Shown here: one piece after another, positions 45,966 to 55,728 of the stretch
Layout: each line of letters begins with the position of its first letter
Numbering within the stretch: the stretch's first letter is position 1
IMG/VR virus record: IMGVR_UViG_3300036861_000270
Location: 1 to 55,728 of that record
Origin: a virus
Taxonomy: Duplodnaviria; Caudoviricetes
DNA length: 55,728 nucleotides
Reading direction: 5' to 3' (one strand)
Position numbers and translations under genes: made by a program
The notes under the pieces: model-generated
The model's input: the letters and a program-made list of their open reading frames with translations, nothing else
Told to the model about the DNA's origin: nothing
Database searches by the model: none

Positions 45966-46306
45966 CCCGCGCGACCAGTCTCGGCAGTCTCGCCAAGCCG
46001 GTCGGGAATCTCCACCGTCCTCCCGGTGTCAACCTGCCACTTGGCAGGCCCGCCCCGAACTTCGGCGCTGGGCTGGCATGCCAAGATCCACACTGGGACC
46101 CGAATTGGTGGTTCGCGCCAGACCGGGATCTTGGCCTGTCCTATGACGATGCGGAGCATGCCAAGAAGCTGTGCAAGTCCCGCTGTCCGGCACTGCGCGA
46201 GTGTTTGGCGTGGGCGCTGGCCACAGGGGAGCCGAACGGGATTTGGGGCGGCATGTTGCCCCAGGAGCGGCACAAGGTCCGCCGGAACCTTCGGAGGCCC
46301 CCGTGA
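45962..46306 (+). CDS. whiB: WhiB-family transcription factor
   Basis: 'AC......F...AKKLC...CP....CL.WAL...E..GIWGG'. Confidence 0.88.
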   Translation: MTRATSLGSLAKPVGNLHRPPGVNLPLGRPAPNFGAGLACQDPHWDPNWWFAPDRDLGLSYDDAEHAKKLCKSRCPALRECLAWALATGEPNGIWGGMLPQERHKVRRNLRRPP

Positions 46307-46742
46307 CCTGGAACCTGGCGGCGCAGCTGGCCGGCGCGTTCCTCCTCGGCGCGCTGTGGATGTACCGGCGGCAGCGGCACCAGATCCGCCTGTTCGCCGA
46401 ATTCCTCGCGCGCGCGACCGCGGACCTCCAGGACGACCTGTTCGATCACCTTGCTCACGACGACCCCGACGACGACCCCGCCACCATGGACGCTGCGCTG
46501 GCGCACCCGCCGGCCGGCTACTGGCCCGACATGAACTAGGAGTCCCTGATGGTCCACCCGCTCAACAAGCGAGAGCGCAGCACCCACCGCGACGAACATC
46601 CAGGCGAGCAGGGCATGCGGGTCAGCGTCGCGCTCGACCGCGAGAACCAGCCGTCCCAAGTCGCGCGCGAACGGGTCATCCGCTACCTCGCTCAGTCGGC
46701 GCTGATCCAGGCATGTGCCGAGAGCTACGGAGAGGGCGGCTA

Positions 46743-47672
46743 ATGAGCGAACTTGAGCTTGGCGCCGACCGGCAGGCGTTGACCCTATTCGGCGACGCGA
46801 CCCCACACGTCATCGTTGCCCGTGCCACCGCCATCGCCGACGTGATCGCACCCCTCATCCGCGACCGTCAGCTCGTCAAGCGGATCCACCAGTCCGAACA
46901 CGTCTACCTCGAAGGATGGACGCTGGCCGGCACCATGCTCGGGGTGTTCGCGACCACCGCACGAACCTGGGAGATCGGCGACGACGACGGGTACGGCGCC
47001 ACCGCCGAGGCCCGCACCCTGGCCGGCGCGCTCGTCGGCCGCGCCGACGCGGTCGTCATGCGCAACGAGGAGGTCGGCACCGACCCCAAGACCGGCAAGC
47101 CGATCCGCAAGTGGGAACGCGCCCCCGCATTCCAACTCTTGAGCATGGCGCAGACAAGGGCGAGCTCGAAGGCGCTGCGGATGCCGCTCGGGTTCGTGAT
47201 GAAGCTGGCTGGCTACGACACCACTCCCGCCGAGGAGATGGACGCGGCCGCCGCCCGCGGGGAAACCGTGTCCGGCGGTAAGGGTGTTGCTCCAGGCTGG
47301 AAGGACCTCGCCGAGCAGCAGCGCGCCCACGCCGACCTCGGCGAGCTCATCCAGCAGCGCGGCCTGCGGGAGTGGGTCGCCACCTGGCTCGAGTCGAAGG
47401 GCTACACCCGTCCACTCGCGAAGGGGCAGCTGAACCAGCTCCGCCGCGCGATCGAGCGGGAGCAGGGTTCCAGCCGGCCGGCCAGTGACGACGACGACCC
47501 TGGCCGGCCGGCTGGTGCCAACACGTCGGCACCGGGGCACCCCCCCCGCCCCGGTGCCGACCAGACGTCCAGCCCGGGACGAGCAGACCGACGGGACGAG
47601 AACGGGGAAGGGTCCCAAGAGTCCGCGACGACTCCCGGGCTGGACGACCACGACAGCGGCGGTGAGGACTGA
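46743..47672 (+). CDS. putative ssDNA-annealing/recombination protein
   Basis: 'MAQTRA.SKALR', 'TPAEEM'; disordered C-terminal tail. Confidence 0.55.
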   Translation: MSELELGADRQALTLFGDATPHVIVARATAIADVIAPLIRDRQLVKRIHQSEHVYLEGWTLAGTMLGVFATTARTWEIGDDDGYGATAEARTLAGALVGRADAVVMRNEEVGTDPKTGKPIRKWERAPAFQLLSMAQTRASSKALRMPLGFVMKLAGYDTTPAEEMDAAAARGETVSGGKGVAPGWKDLAEQQRAHADLGELIQQRGLREWVATWLESKGYTRPLAKGQLNQLRRAIEREQGSSRPASDDDDPGRPAGANTSAPGHPPRPGADQTSSPGRADRRDENGEGSQESATTPGLDDHDSGGED

Positions 47673-48069
47673 TGCCCGCCATCAGATACGACCGTTGCAG
47701 GGAATTCGACTACGTCATTGACGGCGAGATCGTGCATTTCTCCTGGCACGGCTCCCGATGCACTGCCCTCTGGCGCAAAGGTATTGACGGCTGGATCCGC
47801 TATCTCTTCACCGCCGTTCGCTGCTACTGCCCATGCGGGCACAAAGAAGGTGGGGCCGATGCCTGAACGATCCGCCGCCATCACCTGGACAGACACCGGC
47901 CGGCTGGTGTGGACCCACGACCCCTCCACCGCGGAGCTTCACCGCATACGCGCCGAGGTCGACCGGGTCGCCGACACCATCATTCCCCTACTGGTGTGGG
48001 TCATCCATGACATGGCCGGGCTGGATCTCACCCTGCTCCGGACGTATCTGGCCTCCGAGCGTGGTCGCA

Positions 48070-48810
48070 GTGGCTGACGCCTGCCTCACCTGCGGCCATG
48101 AACGGGCTACGCATGTCCCCGGTGCCTCCACCTGCGCCATTCCCGGTTGTACCTGCGCCGCCTACGTGCAAACCGAACTGGTCGATGCCTGCATTACCTG
48201 TGGCCACGGAGAGCGAAGCCACATGATCTTGTGGGACACGCCGACGACCGGTCCATGCCGCGTTACCGACTGCACCTGCACCAAGTTCGAGCAGGCCAAT
48301 CCCACGGTCGAGCGGGGTGACGTCGACCTCCACCAGGCCATCCAGGCGGCAACCACGGCGCTCTGCGATCAGCACCCAGCCATCGGCCTGTCCGACCCAT
48401 GGGCCCAGGTCGCCCGCATCGCAGTAGAGGCCGCAGCCTCGGTCCTGCTCCAGGCCATCCGGGACCGGCTCGCCGACCTCGAGGTGCAGGTCGCCGAACT
48501 CCGCGACCTCCTGGAGCAGGCGAACCCACGGATCGGAACCCTGCTGGCCGGTGACGACCACTACGCACTCAAGGCGCGCATCGAAACCGTGCTCCAGGTC
48601 GACGGGCCCGCCAGAGGCCACGCAATCCTCGCCGAGGTCCAGCGGTTGCACGCGCTGACCGCCGTGGAGGATGTGCCGGCCCATCCGTTCGTCGCCGAGC
48701 AGCGCAGCAACCTCTGCCTGCTCTTCGTCCAGGGTGGCCGGACATGCGGCAAGGAACGCGACGACCCCATCCACGCCCTCGACCAGGCGGCACAGCGGGA
48801 GGGACAGTGA
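48070..48810 (+). CDS. modular Cys/His-rich hypothetical protein
   Basis: Two 'C.TCGH....H...C....CTC' repeats. Confidence 0.65.
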   Translation: MADACLTCGHERATHVPGASTCAIPGCTCAAYVQTELVDACITCGHGERSHMILWDTPTTGPCRVTDCTCTKFEQANPTVERGDVDLHQAIQAATTALCDQHPAIGLSDPWAQVARIAVEAAASVLLQAIRDRLADLEVQVAELRDLLEQANPRIGTLLAGDDHYALKARIETVLQVDGPARGHAILAEVQRLHALTAVEDVPAHPFVAEQRSNLCLLFVQGGRTCGKERDDPIHALDQAAQREGQ

Positions 48811-49803
48811 TGGCCACCGTCATCGACCATGTCCAGTGCGGCTCCGACGGGCGCCATCTCCAAGGCCGGATACCCAACGCGGTCGCGGTCGTGTTCGACC
48901 TGTCACGGCTGCTGTGGTGGAACGACGCCTACCCCATGTGCGCCGAATGCCTCACTCAGCCATGGGTCGCCGACGACCCACTCACCCGCGTCCTCTATCT
49001 CGACCAAGCGGCACAGCGGGAGGGCGACCGGTGAAGCTCGACCGGATGACCTGCCCCACCTGCGGGCGGCAAGTCGCGTTCCGGCTCATCCGTCCGCCCA
49101 GAGTCAACCGTGGCCGGCCCATCCCAGGGATCAGAAAGCCCGTCCGCCACAAGCAGCAGACACTCGTCGAGCCGTTCCAGACCGTCATCAGCGACCGATG
49201 GTGCCCCGCTGGCGAACCGCTCAGGGGAGGGTGAGCCATGACCGATCAGGGTTGGATGATGGTCGACGACGGCACCTGCCTCTCCTGCCTCCAAGGACAG
49301 GACTGGCTCTGCACCAAACCCATCGAATCCTACGGCGACCAGTGGGACCGCAGGATCCGGCTGCTGTGCTGCTGCGACAACGGCTACCACGTCGGCTACT
49401 TCGACCCGGACCTTGGGGACTCATGGCGCTGGCAAGGAGACCAGCCATGACCGCCATGGTGAACCCCCGGGTCGGGCGGGCCATCATCCGCGGGTCGCAC
49501 GCCAGTTCGCTTAGGCACTCTGACCTGCGGGTTCATGCTATGATCCGGGGTAGTGAACGGCCGGGCGGCGCGCGAACGCCCCCGGCCACGGCCCACACCT
49601 ACGTAGGAGGTAGGGCGTGATCAAGACTACCCGTGCGCTCCCCCAACGCGCACCCACCGCCACGGTCACCCTCCCCGGCGGCCAGCAGCTCGTCGTCTGC
49701 CTCGACTGCTCCGACGAGCTCCGCACCAGCTACCCACCGCTGGCATGCCACTTTCGCGACTGGCACCTCGTCCAACACCTCCACAAAGACAGGAGGGGCG
49801 AGG

Positions 49804-50562
49804 TTGATCTGGAAGCGTAACGAGGCGCAGCCGACCCGCTACAACGGCGCCCTCTTCCGGTCCTACCTCGAGGCCAAGGTCGCTGAGGAACTCGACCGCC
49901 TAGGTGTCGCATGGGAGTACGAGTGCGACGCCCACCACGCGCTCATCTGGCCCGAGGAGCTTCCATACCTCCCCGACTTCACGATCGTGGCGCCACTCCC
50001 CGATGACCTTGACCTGCCAACCTGGGTCGAGGTCAAGCCTGCGGATCTGCTGTTCGCGCTCCGCGACCACATCGGCATCCCAGAGCGGTTCGACGGCATC
50101 CACCGGGAAGAGATCACCGCGCAGGAGATCCACGACGCCGGCATCGAGGAAATCTGGAAACCGAAGCGGCTCGCGGAGCTATCCGGCCGGGATGCGCTGG
50201 TGGTCTACCAGATCAACCGGACCCGATCGCTCAGCATCCTCATGACGCCAACCTTCATCGAGCTGTCCAAGTCCCATCCGCTCGTCAACCACAAGAAGGT
50301 CGTGGCAGATCAGGAGCGAGCGGAACGCGAGGCGCAGTGCCGAGCCGACGCGGCACAACGACAGGCCGAGTGGGAGCAGCAGCGGCAGTTGGAGCTTGCC
50401 AAAGCAATCGAGTACGCCCGCGACTACGGACGCCCCGCACGCTATGACGGATCGTGCCTCTGCGGCCGGCAACAGCCAGCGGAAGCCATCGTCGTCTTCC
50501 AGGCAGATGGCCGATGGGTCGCCATTTGCAGAGCGCATTTCGAGGGAGCGGGAGGGCGATGA
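49804..50562 (+). CDS. PD-(D/E)XK-like nuclease
   Basis: 'Y.G..FRS.LEA......D.LG..WEYE', 'YLPDF', 'WVEVK'. Confidence 0.75.
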   Translation: MIWKRNEAQPTRYNGALFRSYLEAKVAEELDRLGVAWEYECDAHHALIWPEELPYLPDFTIVAPLPDDLDLPTWVEVKPADLLFALRDHIGIPERFDGIHREEITAQEIHDAGIEEIWKPKRLAELSGRDALVVYQINRTRSLSILMTPTFIELSKSHPLVNHKKVVADQERAEREAQCRADAAQRQAEWEQQRQLELAKAIEYARDYGRPARYDGSCLCGRQQPAEAIVVFQADGRWVAICRAHFEGAGGR

Positions 50563-52278
50563 GTGACACCACTCGAGCGATTCCGGTCAGCGCTCGAACA
50601 AACCGGCAGCAGACAGACATCGCCGGGCGCCTGGACCTGCCCAGCCCACGACGACCAGCACGCCAGCCTCTCAGTCAAGGAGGGCCGCGACGGCCGGGTC
50701 ATCCTCAACTGCCACGCCGCGGCGGGCTGCACGTTCGAAGACATCGTCCGAGCGGTCAACCTAGAACCTCAAGACCTGTTCCCACCCAAAGAACAGAGCA
50801 ACGGGTCGCGGTCCATCATCACCGCGACCTATCCCTACACCGACGAGAACGGCCACCTGCTGTTCGAAGCGGTCCGCATGGCACCCAAGGCCTTCCGGCA
50901 ACGCCGGCGGCCCTGGTCGACCGACCCCCTCGAAGCCATCCGCGACGGGTGGGTCTGGAACCTGCACGACGTCCGACGCGTCCTCTACCACCTACCCCAG
51001 GTCATCGGCGCGATCGAACGTGGCAAGGAAGTCTGGATCGCCGAAGGCGAGAAGGACGTCGCGGCGCTCGAGCAGGCAGGCGCCTATGTCGCCACCTGCA
51101 ACCCGATGGGCGCCGGGAAGTGGCGCGATGAATACTCCAAGTTCCTGGAAGGCGGCCACGCCGTGGTCGTCGGCGACCTCGACCCTGCCGGCCGGGCCCA
51201 CGCCGAAACGGTCGCCCGCAGCCTCCAAGCTGCCGGCTGCACCGTCCGCGTGGTCTACCCCGCCAAAGGAAAGGACGCCTACGACCACCTCGACGCTGGG
51301 CTCGGCCTGGACGACTTCATCCCCGCAGAAGGTGCACAGCAACGCCTCGACGATGCCGAGCCGACCGCCCCCAAGGCGCCACTCGCCGTCGAGATCCACG
51401 ACTTCCTCGACGCACCCGAAGACGAATACGACTGGCTCATCACCGGACTCCTCGAACGGACGGACCGGATGATCCTCACCGGACCCGAAGGCGGCGGGAA
51501 ATCCACGCTCCTACGGCAGATCGTCGTGGAGGCCGGCGCCGGCCTCCACCCGTTCACCCTCGAGCCGATCGACAAGATCCACGTGCTCTACGTCGACCTC
51601 GAGAACGCCAAGAGCCACGTCCGCCGCCAACTCCGCCCGCTCACCCTCAAGGCCGGCCCGAAGCTGGACCGTGACCTCGTCTACGTCACCGTCCAGTCCG
51701 CCGGCATCGACCTGCTCCACCAGACCGACGTTGACTGGCTGGAAGCCCGCATCGCCGAAGCCACCCCCGAGCTGGTCGTCATCGGACCTCTCTACAAGAT
51801 GTCCGCTGGCGACCCGACCTCGGAAGAAGTGGCCCGCAAGGTCTCAGCCGTCCTCGACGACCTCCGCACCAGCCATGAGTTCGCGCTCATCATCGAAGCT
51901 CACTCGCCCCACGCCGCCGGCGGCGGACGCCGACCCCAACGCCCCTACGGTGCCTCCATGTGGCTGCGCTGGCCTGAGTTCGGGATCTACCTCGACGCCT
52001 CGGGCTCGCTGACGCACTGGCGCGGCGCGCGCGACGAACGGGACTGGCCGACGACGCTCCGCCGCGGCGGCGAGTGGCCCTGGACCACAACCGACAACCC
52101 TCGTGAGGAACTGTGGGAACTGCTCTGCGCCTGGGTCGACCGGTACGGCCGCGTTCCATCAATCCGGTCGTTGGAGGCCGAGACCGGCAAGCCCCGAAGC
52201 TCCATCCAACGCGCCATCAAGGCCCACCAGGACGTGTGGGACGAGTTCAAGGCCAAGTACGGGGAGACGGACGCGTGA
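50563..52278 (+). CDS. primase-helicase (zinc-binding domain, TOPRIM, AAA_25/RepA-like helicase)
   Basis: 'CPAHDD..ASLS', 'EGEKD', 'D.D.AG', Walker A GPEGGGKS, 'VLYVDLEN'. Confidence 0.9.
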   Translation: MTPLERFRSALEQTGSRQTSPGAWTCPAHDDQHASLSVKEGRDGRVILNCHAAAGCTFEDIVRAVNLEPQDLFPPKEQSNGSRSIITATYPYTDENGHLLFEAVRMAPKAFRQRRRPWSTDPLEAIRDGWVWNLHDVRRVLYHLPQVIGAIERGKEVWIAEGEKDVAALEQAGAYVATCNPMGAGKWRDEYSKFLEGGHAVVVGDLDPAGRAHAETVARSLQAAGCTVRVVYPAKGKDAYDHLDAGLGLDDFIPAEGAQQRLDDAEPTAPKAPLAVEIHDFLDAPEDEYDWLITGLLERTDRMILTGPEGGGKSTLLRQIVVEAGAGLHPFTLEPIDKIHVLYVDLENAKSHVRRQLRPLTLKAGPKLDRDLVYVTVQSAGIDLLHQTDVDWLEARIAEATPELVVIGPLYKMSAGDPTSEEVARKVSAVLDDLRTSHEFALIIEAHSPHAAGGGRRPQRPYGASMWLRWPEFGIYLDASGSLTHWRGARDERDWPTTLRRGGEWPWTTTDNPREELWELLCAWVDRYGRVPSIRSLEAETGKPRSSIQRAIKAHQDVWDEFKAKYGETDA

Positions 52279-52305
52279 AAGTGGCCTACCCGCTGTTTTA
52301 CCCCG

Positions 52306-52527
52306 CTGACCTGCTGGGACACTCTAGATCCGTTACGCCACAATGGTGTACCACTGCTGTCCCACTGTCCCAAATAACTGTCCCAACCCTAAAACCGCAG
52401 GTCAGAGCCCATATTTGGTGGGTGGGACAGTCTAGGTGTCCCAACCACCCTGAAACCGCAGGTCAGGGCACTGTCCCACTGTCCCACCCTTCGGGTAGGA
52501 CCTGTCTGGGACAGGGTCCAGTCCCAC
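52306..52527. repeat. iteron array, putative replication origin
   Basis: About nine TGTCCCA/TGGGACA copies in both orientations and two AAACCGCAGGTCAG copies, just after the primase-helicase. Confidence 0.75.
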
Positions 52528-52540
52528 CCGAGGAGGACAC

Positions 52541-55130
52541 GTGACCCGGGTGAAGGTCCGCTGCGCGAACCCGCAGCCGACCCTGGCCGGCCCGTGCACC
52601 TGGACCGGCGTCCGCGCCGGCCGGACCGTCACCACCAACGGCGGCCGCACGTTCCTCCAGCCCCCGACCCGTAAGCGCTGTCCCCGCTGTGGCGGCCCCG
52701 TCGAGGAAGCCCCGTGACCCCGCTCGACCTTCCCCCCGACCCTGAGGAGACGACGTGAAGCACGCCCGACCCGACTATGACCGCTTCCAGGACCCCGACA
52801 AGCTGATCCCCGACGACGAACCCGTCTTCCTGCTCCGCGGGCAGGACCTATTCGCCCCTGTGGTTGTCGAGGCGTGGGCTGCGCTCATGGCGGCGACCGG
52901 CGACCGGGTGCTCTGCAATCTTGCTGCCAGCCAAGCGGCCTTCATGCGTGCATGGCAGATCGAACATGCGGTAAAGACCCCGGACCTGCCGGAAGACGTC
53001 GACTGACGCCTGACCTACCCGACTCCCGAGGAGCACCCGTGTACGCGACCAACGGCAACATCACCATCCACACCCGACCCGACCAGATCATCATCATCAC
53101 CGACCGGTTCGGCACCGCCGTCCACCTGAGCCCCGCCGACGCCGAGTTCGTCCGGGACGCCCTGGACCCGGTCGACGTCGCCCCGTGACCCAAGGAGCAC
53201 CGATGCCCGACCTGAAACCGCTAGCCGACTGGCAAGTGCACATGGCCATCTGGGGCTACGACACGTGGGGCGACCACGACGGCATCGCGTTCATGGCCGA
53301 ATGCCCGGGAGCCAGAACGATCGGGCGACATGTCTGGTGGGACCGTGACGCGGCCGCGCTTGCCGACGAGTGGATCAGCGATGGTGATTCGTGGCATCGC
53401 GTGCCTGAGTACTGGGCGCTACCTGCGGTCGCCGAGTTGCGGATGCGGTCCGGTGTCTGACCTTCCCCCGACCAAGGAGCACCCCATGCCCGACCCTGAG
53501 ATGTGCGCCATCTGCGGCGACCGGACCGCGATCGTCTTCGGCTCCGACGACGACCTTGACGGGCAGCTCGACGAGGACGAAGGCGTCTGCTCCTGGTGCG
53601 CGCTCGTTCTGTTCGACTACGAGGCCACCGATGCCTGACGTTCCCGTCGGCGCCCACCCCTGCGCCACCTGCCCCCGCCACATCTGGGGCAAGGTCGAGC
53701 AGTGCGGGTCGTGCGTCGGCAACGCCAAGGAGCGGTGATGAGCGACCCACACGGTTACGTCTCGCTCGACGGTCCGCTGCCGGTCGGCTGTGACCTGACC
53801 CCGGAGCAGGCTGCGGGCATCGAGCCGCCACCGGCCGACCCCGACCCGCAGGAAACATCATGAGCAAGGTACTTGTCATCGAACTCCCCGACGAAACGAA
53901 CCTCACCTCCACGATCAAGGCGATGAACGCGGTCCAGGTCGCCAACATCGAACGCTGCCGAGTCTTCGCCGCAGTCGGCGAGCACCGCTTCAGCGTCCTC
54001 GCAGTCTTCGACGCCAACAAGGTCGACCTCGACCCGTAGGAGACCCCATGAGTGACATCTCAATCGAGTTCATCCGCACCTGCGGCATGGCCGAAGGGAT
54101 CGCTCGCCAAGCCCAGGCTGGCACGTGCGCCATCGACGGGTGCGACCAGGACTGCGAACTCGAATTCCGCCATACGACCGACGACGCGATCACCTGGGTC
54201 CCGCTGTGCGTCAACCACGAGATCGACCGCTACCACGGTGAGCCGCTCGAGTACATCGTCCAACTCCACGGATTCCTGCCGCGTTGCCAACCCATCGTGA
54301 CCGTCCCATGACCGTCCCAGAGGTCCACCCCATGAGCGATGACGGGGCACGCGTCGAACTCGACACCATCTGGCAGCGCATCAACGGCAAGGAACGCGTC
54401 CGGGTCAAGCGTGTCTGGTTTTGGCCCGACCAAGGCTGGACCGTCCGAGCGCACCCCATCCGAGGCGGCGCGATCCTCATCGCCGACCAGGACTGGTTCC
54501 TGGAGAACTACGCCAAGGTCGAGCTGACCATCCCCGACCCGTAGGAGACCCCATGACCCACGTCTGGGCTGTGCGCTATGGCAACTATTACCCCCCAGAG
54601 GTGATCGCCCTCTACGACAACGAACAGGCCGCCCAAGAGCACGCTGCCACAGGTGACGACCCGCTGGAGGTCGTCGTGCTGGAGGTACGGAGCAAGGTCG
54701 AGCCGTCCCCGTCCGGTCCCGAGGAGACCAGTTGACCCAGCCGCCCGGCTACCGTGGCCCGCTCGACCCGGGTCGGGACCCGAACCTCGTCATGCGCGAT
54801 GGCGTGGCGCAGAACCTGATCGCCGAAATCTGCTGGCTCCACGAAGAGCTGCTCGCCAAGCTCGACCGTGACATCGAACGTGCCGCCCTGCCCAACACCG
54901 AACCGGCCTCCGGCAGGGTCACCGGATCCAGCGACCACGACCAGATGGAAGCATGCAGCCTCGCGGTCGCACAGGCACAGCGGGACCGCGACCGGCAACG
55001 CAAGAACGCCCTCGGTGAGCTACGCCGCATCATCGCCTACTACGAAGAACGCCTCGGCCGACGCCCACCCAAGCGGCCCCCGGTGCAGTCGATCGACTAC
55101 CAGGCCGACGGCAAACGGAGAGTCGGATGA
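52541..55130 (+). other. array of small hypothetical genes (52541, 53039, 53203, 53486, 53860, 54048, 54308, 54553, 54732)
   Basis: Most are preceded by a similar GACCC..AGGAG..CCC-start sequence. Confidence 0.65.
52755..53006 (+). CDS. conserved phage hypothetical protein
   Basis: 'IPDDEPVFLLRGQD..A'. Confidence 0.7.
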   Translation: MKHARPDYDRFQDPDKLIPDDEPVFLLRGQDLFAPVVVEAWAALMAATGDRVLCNLAASQAAFMRAWQIEHAVKTPDLPEDVD

Positions 55131-55342
55131 CGCATCTCATCCATGAGTACGGCATCACTGGATTCGTACCGGTCATGCTTTGTGCGCTCATCCTGCTCGT
55201 CATGCTGTTCACGCCAAGCGATGATGGGAAGTAGGAGCCAGATGAGGCCGAGCACGCAATCCGTCAAGCGGACGGCGCCGCAGGTCAGGGCTTGCATAAC
55301 CAGTCCGGCACATGATTTCATCGCGGTACCTGGAGTGTGACC

Positions 55343-55687
55343 ATGCCACGTTGGGCGGGCACCACCACACAGCGAGGCCTCGGCGCAGAGCACCAGGCCC
55401 TCCGCAAGCGCAAGCTCGCCACCCTAGTTGACGGCACACCATGCCGACGGTGCGGCCACCCCATGTACCACCCCAAGCGCTGCCCCCATGGCCCATGCTG
55501 GATGTGCCGTCTCGACCTCGGCCACCCCGAGGACGCACCACGTTTCCTCGCACGCAACCTTGTCGACCATGCCCGACCCAGCCATGGTCAGCGTGAGCTT
55601 GAGCATCGGCACTGCAACCGCAAGGCTGGTGCCCAACTCCTGAACAAGCTCAAGCGCCGAAGGCGCCAACACTCGCGACAATGGTGA
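55343..55687 (+). CDS. terminase-associated HNH endonuclease
   Basis: 'RG.G..HQ..R', 'C.RCG.P', 'LDLGH', 'EH..CNR.AG'; sits at the genome end, upstream of TerS if circular. Confidence 0.8.
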   Translation: MPRWAGTTTQRGLGAEHQALRKRKLATLVDGTPCRRCGHPMYHPKRCPHGPCWMCRLDLGHPEDAPRFLARNLVDHARPSHGQRELEHRHCNRKAGAQLLNKLKRRRRQHSRQW

Positions 55688-55728
55688 AACGGACTCAACT
55701 CGCAATCCGAACGGCGACCCCTGCGGAC

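Noticed and set aside
55688-55728. Exact cos site at the window junction
   Set aside because: The HNH-TerS context suggests cos packaging nearby, but the overhang cannot be defined without read termini

Overview
The window looks like a complete or nearly complete temperate, high-GC tailed phage genome (siphovirus-like, HK97-type head). An actinobacterial host is likely, given the WhiB gene, the DUF2637 protein and the leaderless promoters. It opens at the small terminase and ends with the usual terminase-associated HNH gene. Gene order: packaging and head genes, a methyltransferase and glycosyltransferase pair, a cluster of putative head or neck appendage genes, tail genes (-1 frameshifted chaperone, tape measure with a transglycosylase domain, GH26 tail protein), lysis genes, a candidate ncRNA and terminator, leftward accessory cassettes, a module resembling AICE spread genes, a Xer-like recombinase beside a dif-like site, a CI/Cro switch, early genes, a primase-helicase with iterons, and an array of small genes. 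The most unusual signal is a shared leader on free-standing HNH/EndoVII genes of different families: CTGACCTG, a -10 box, then two covarying hairpins, the second overlapping the RBS. Essential genes next to these nucleases carry sharply bounded A/T3-rich patches that look like synonymous recoding. All calls come from reading the sequence by eye; no database search was run.
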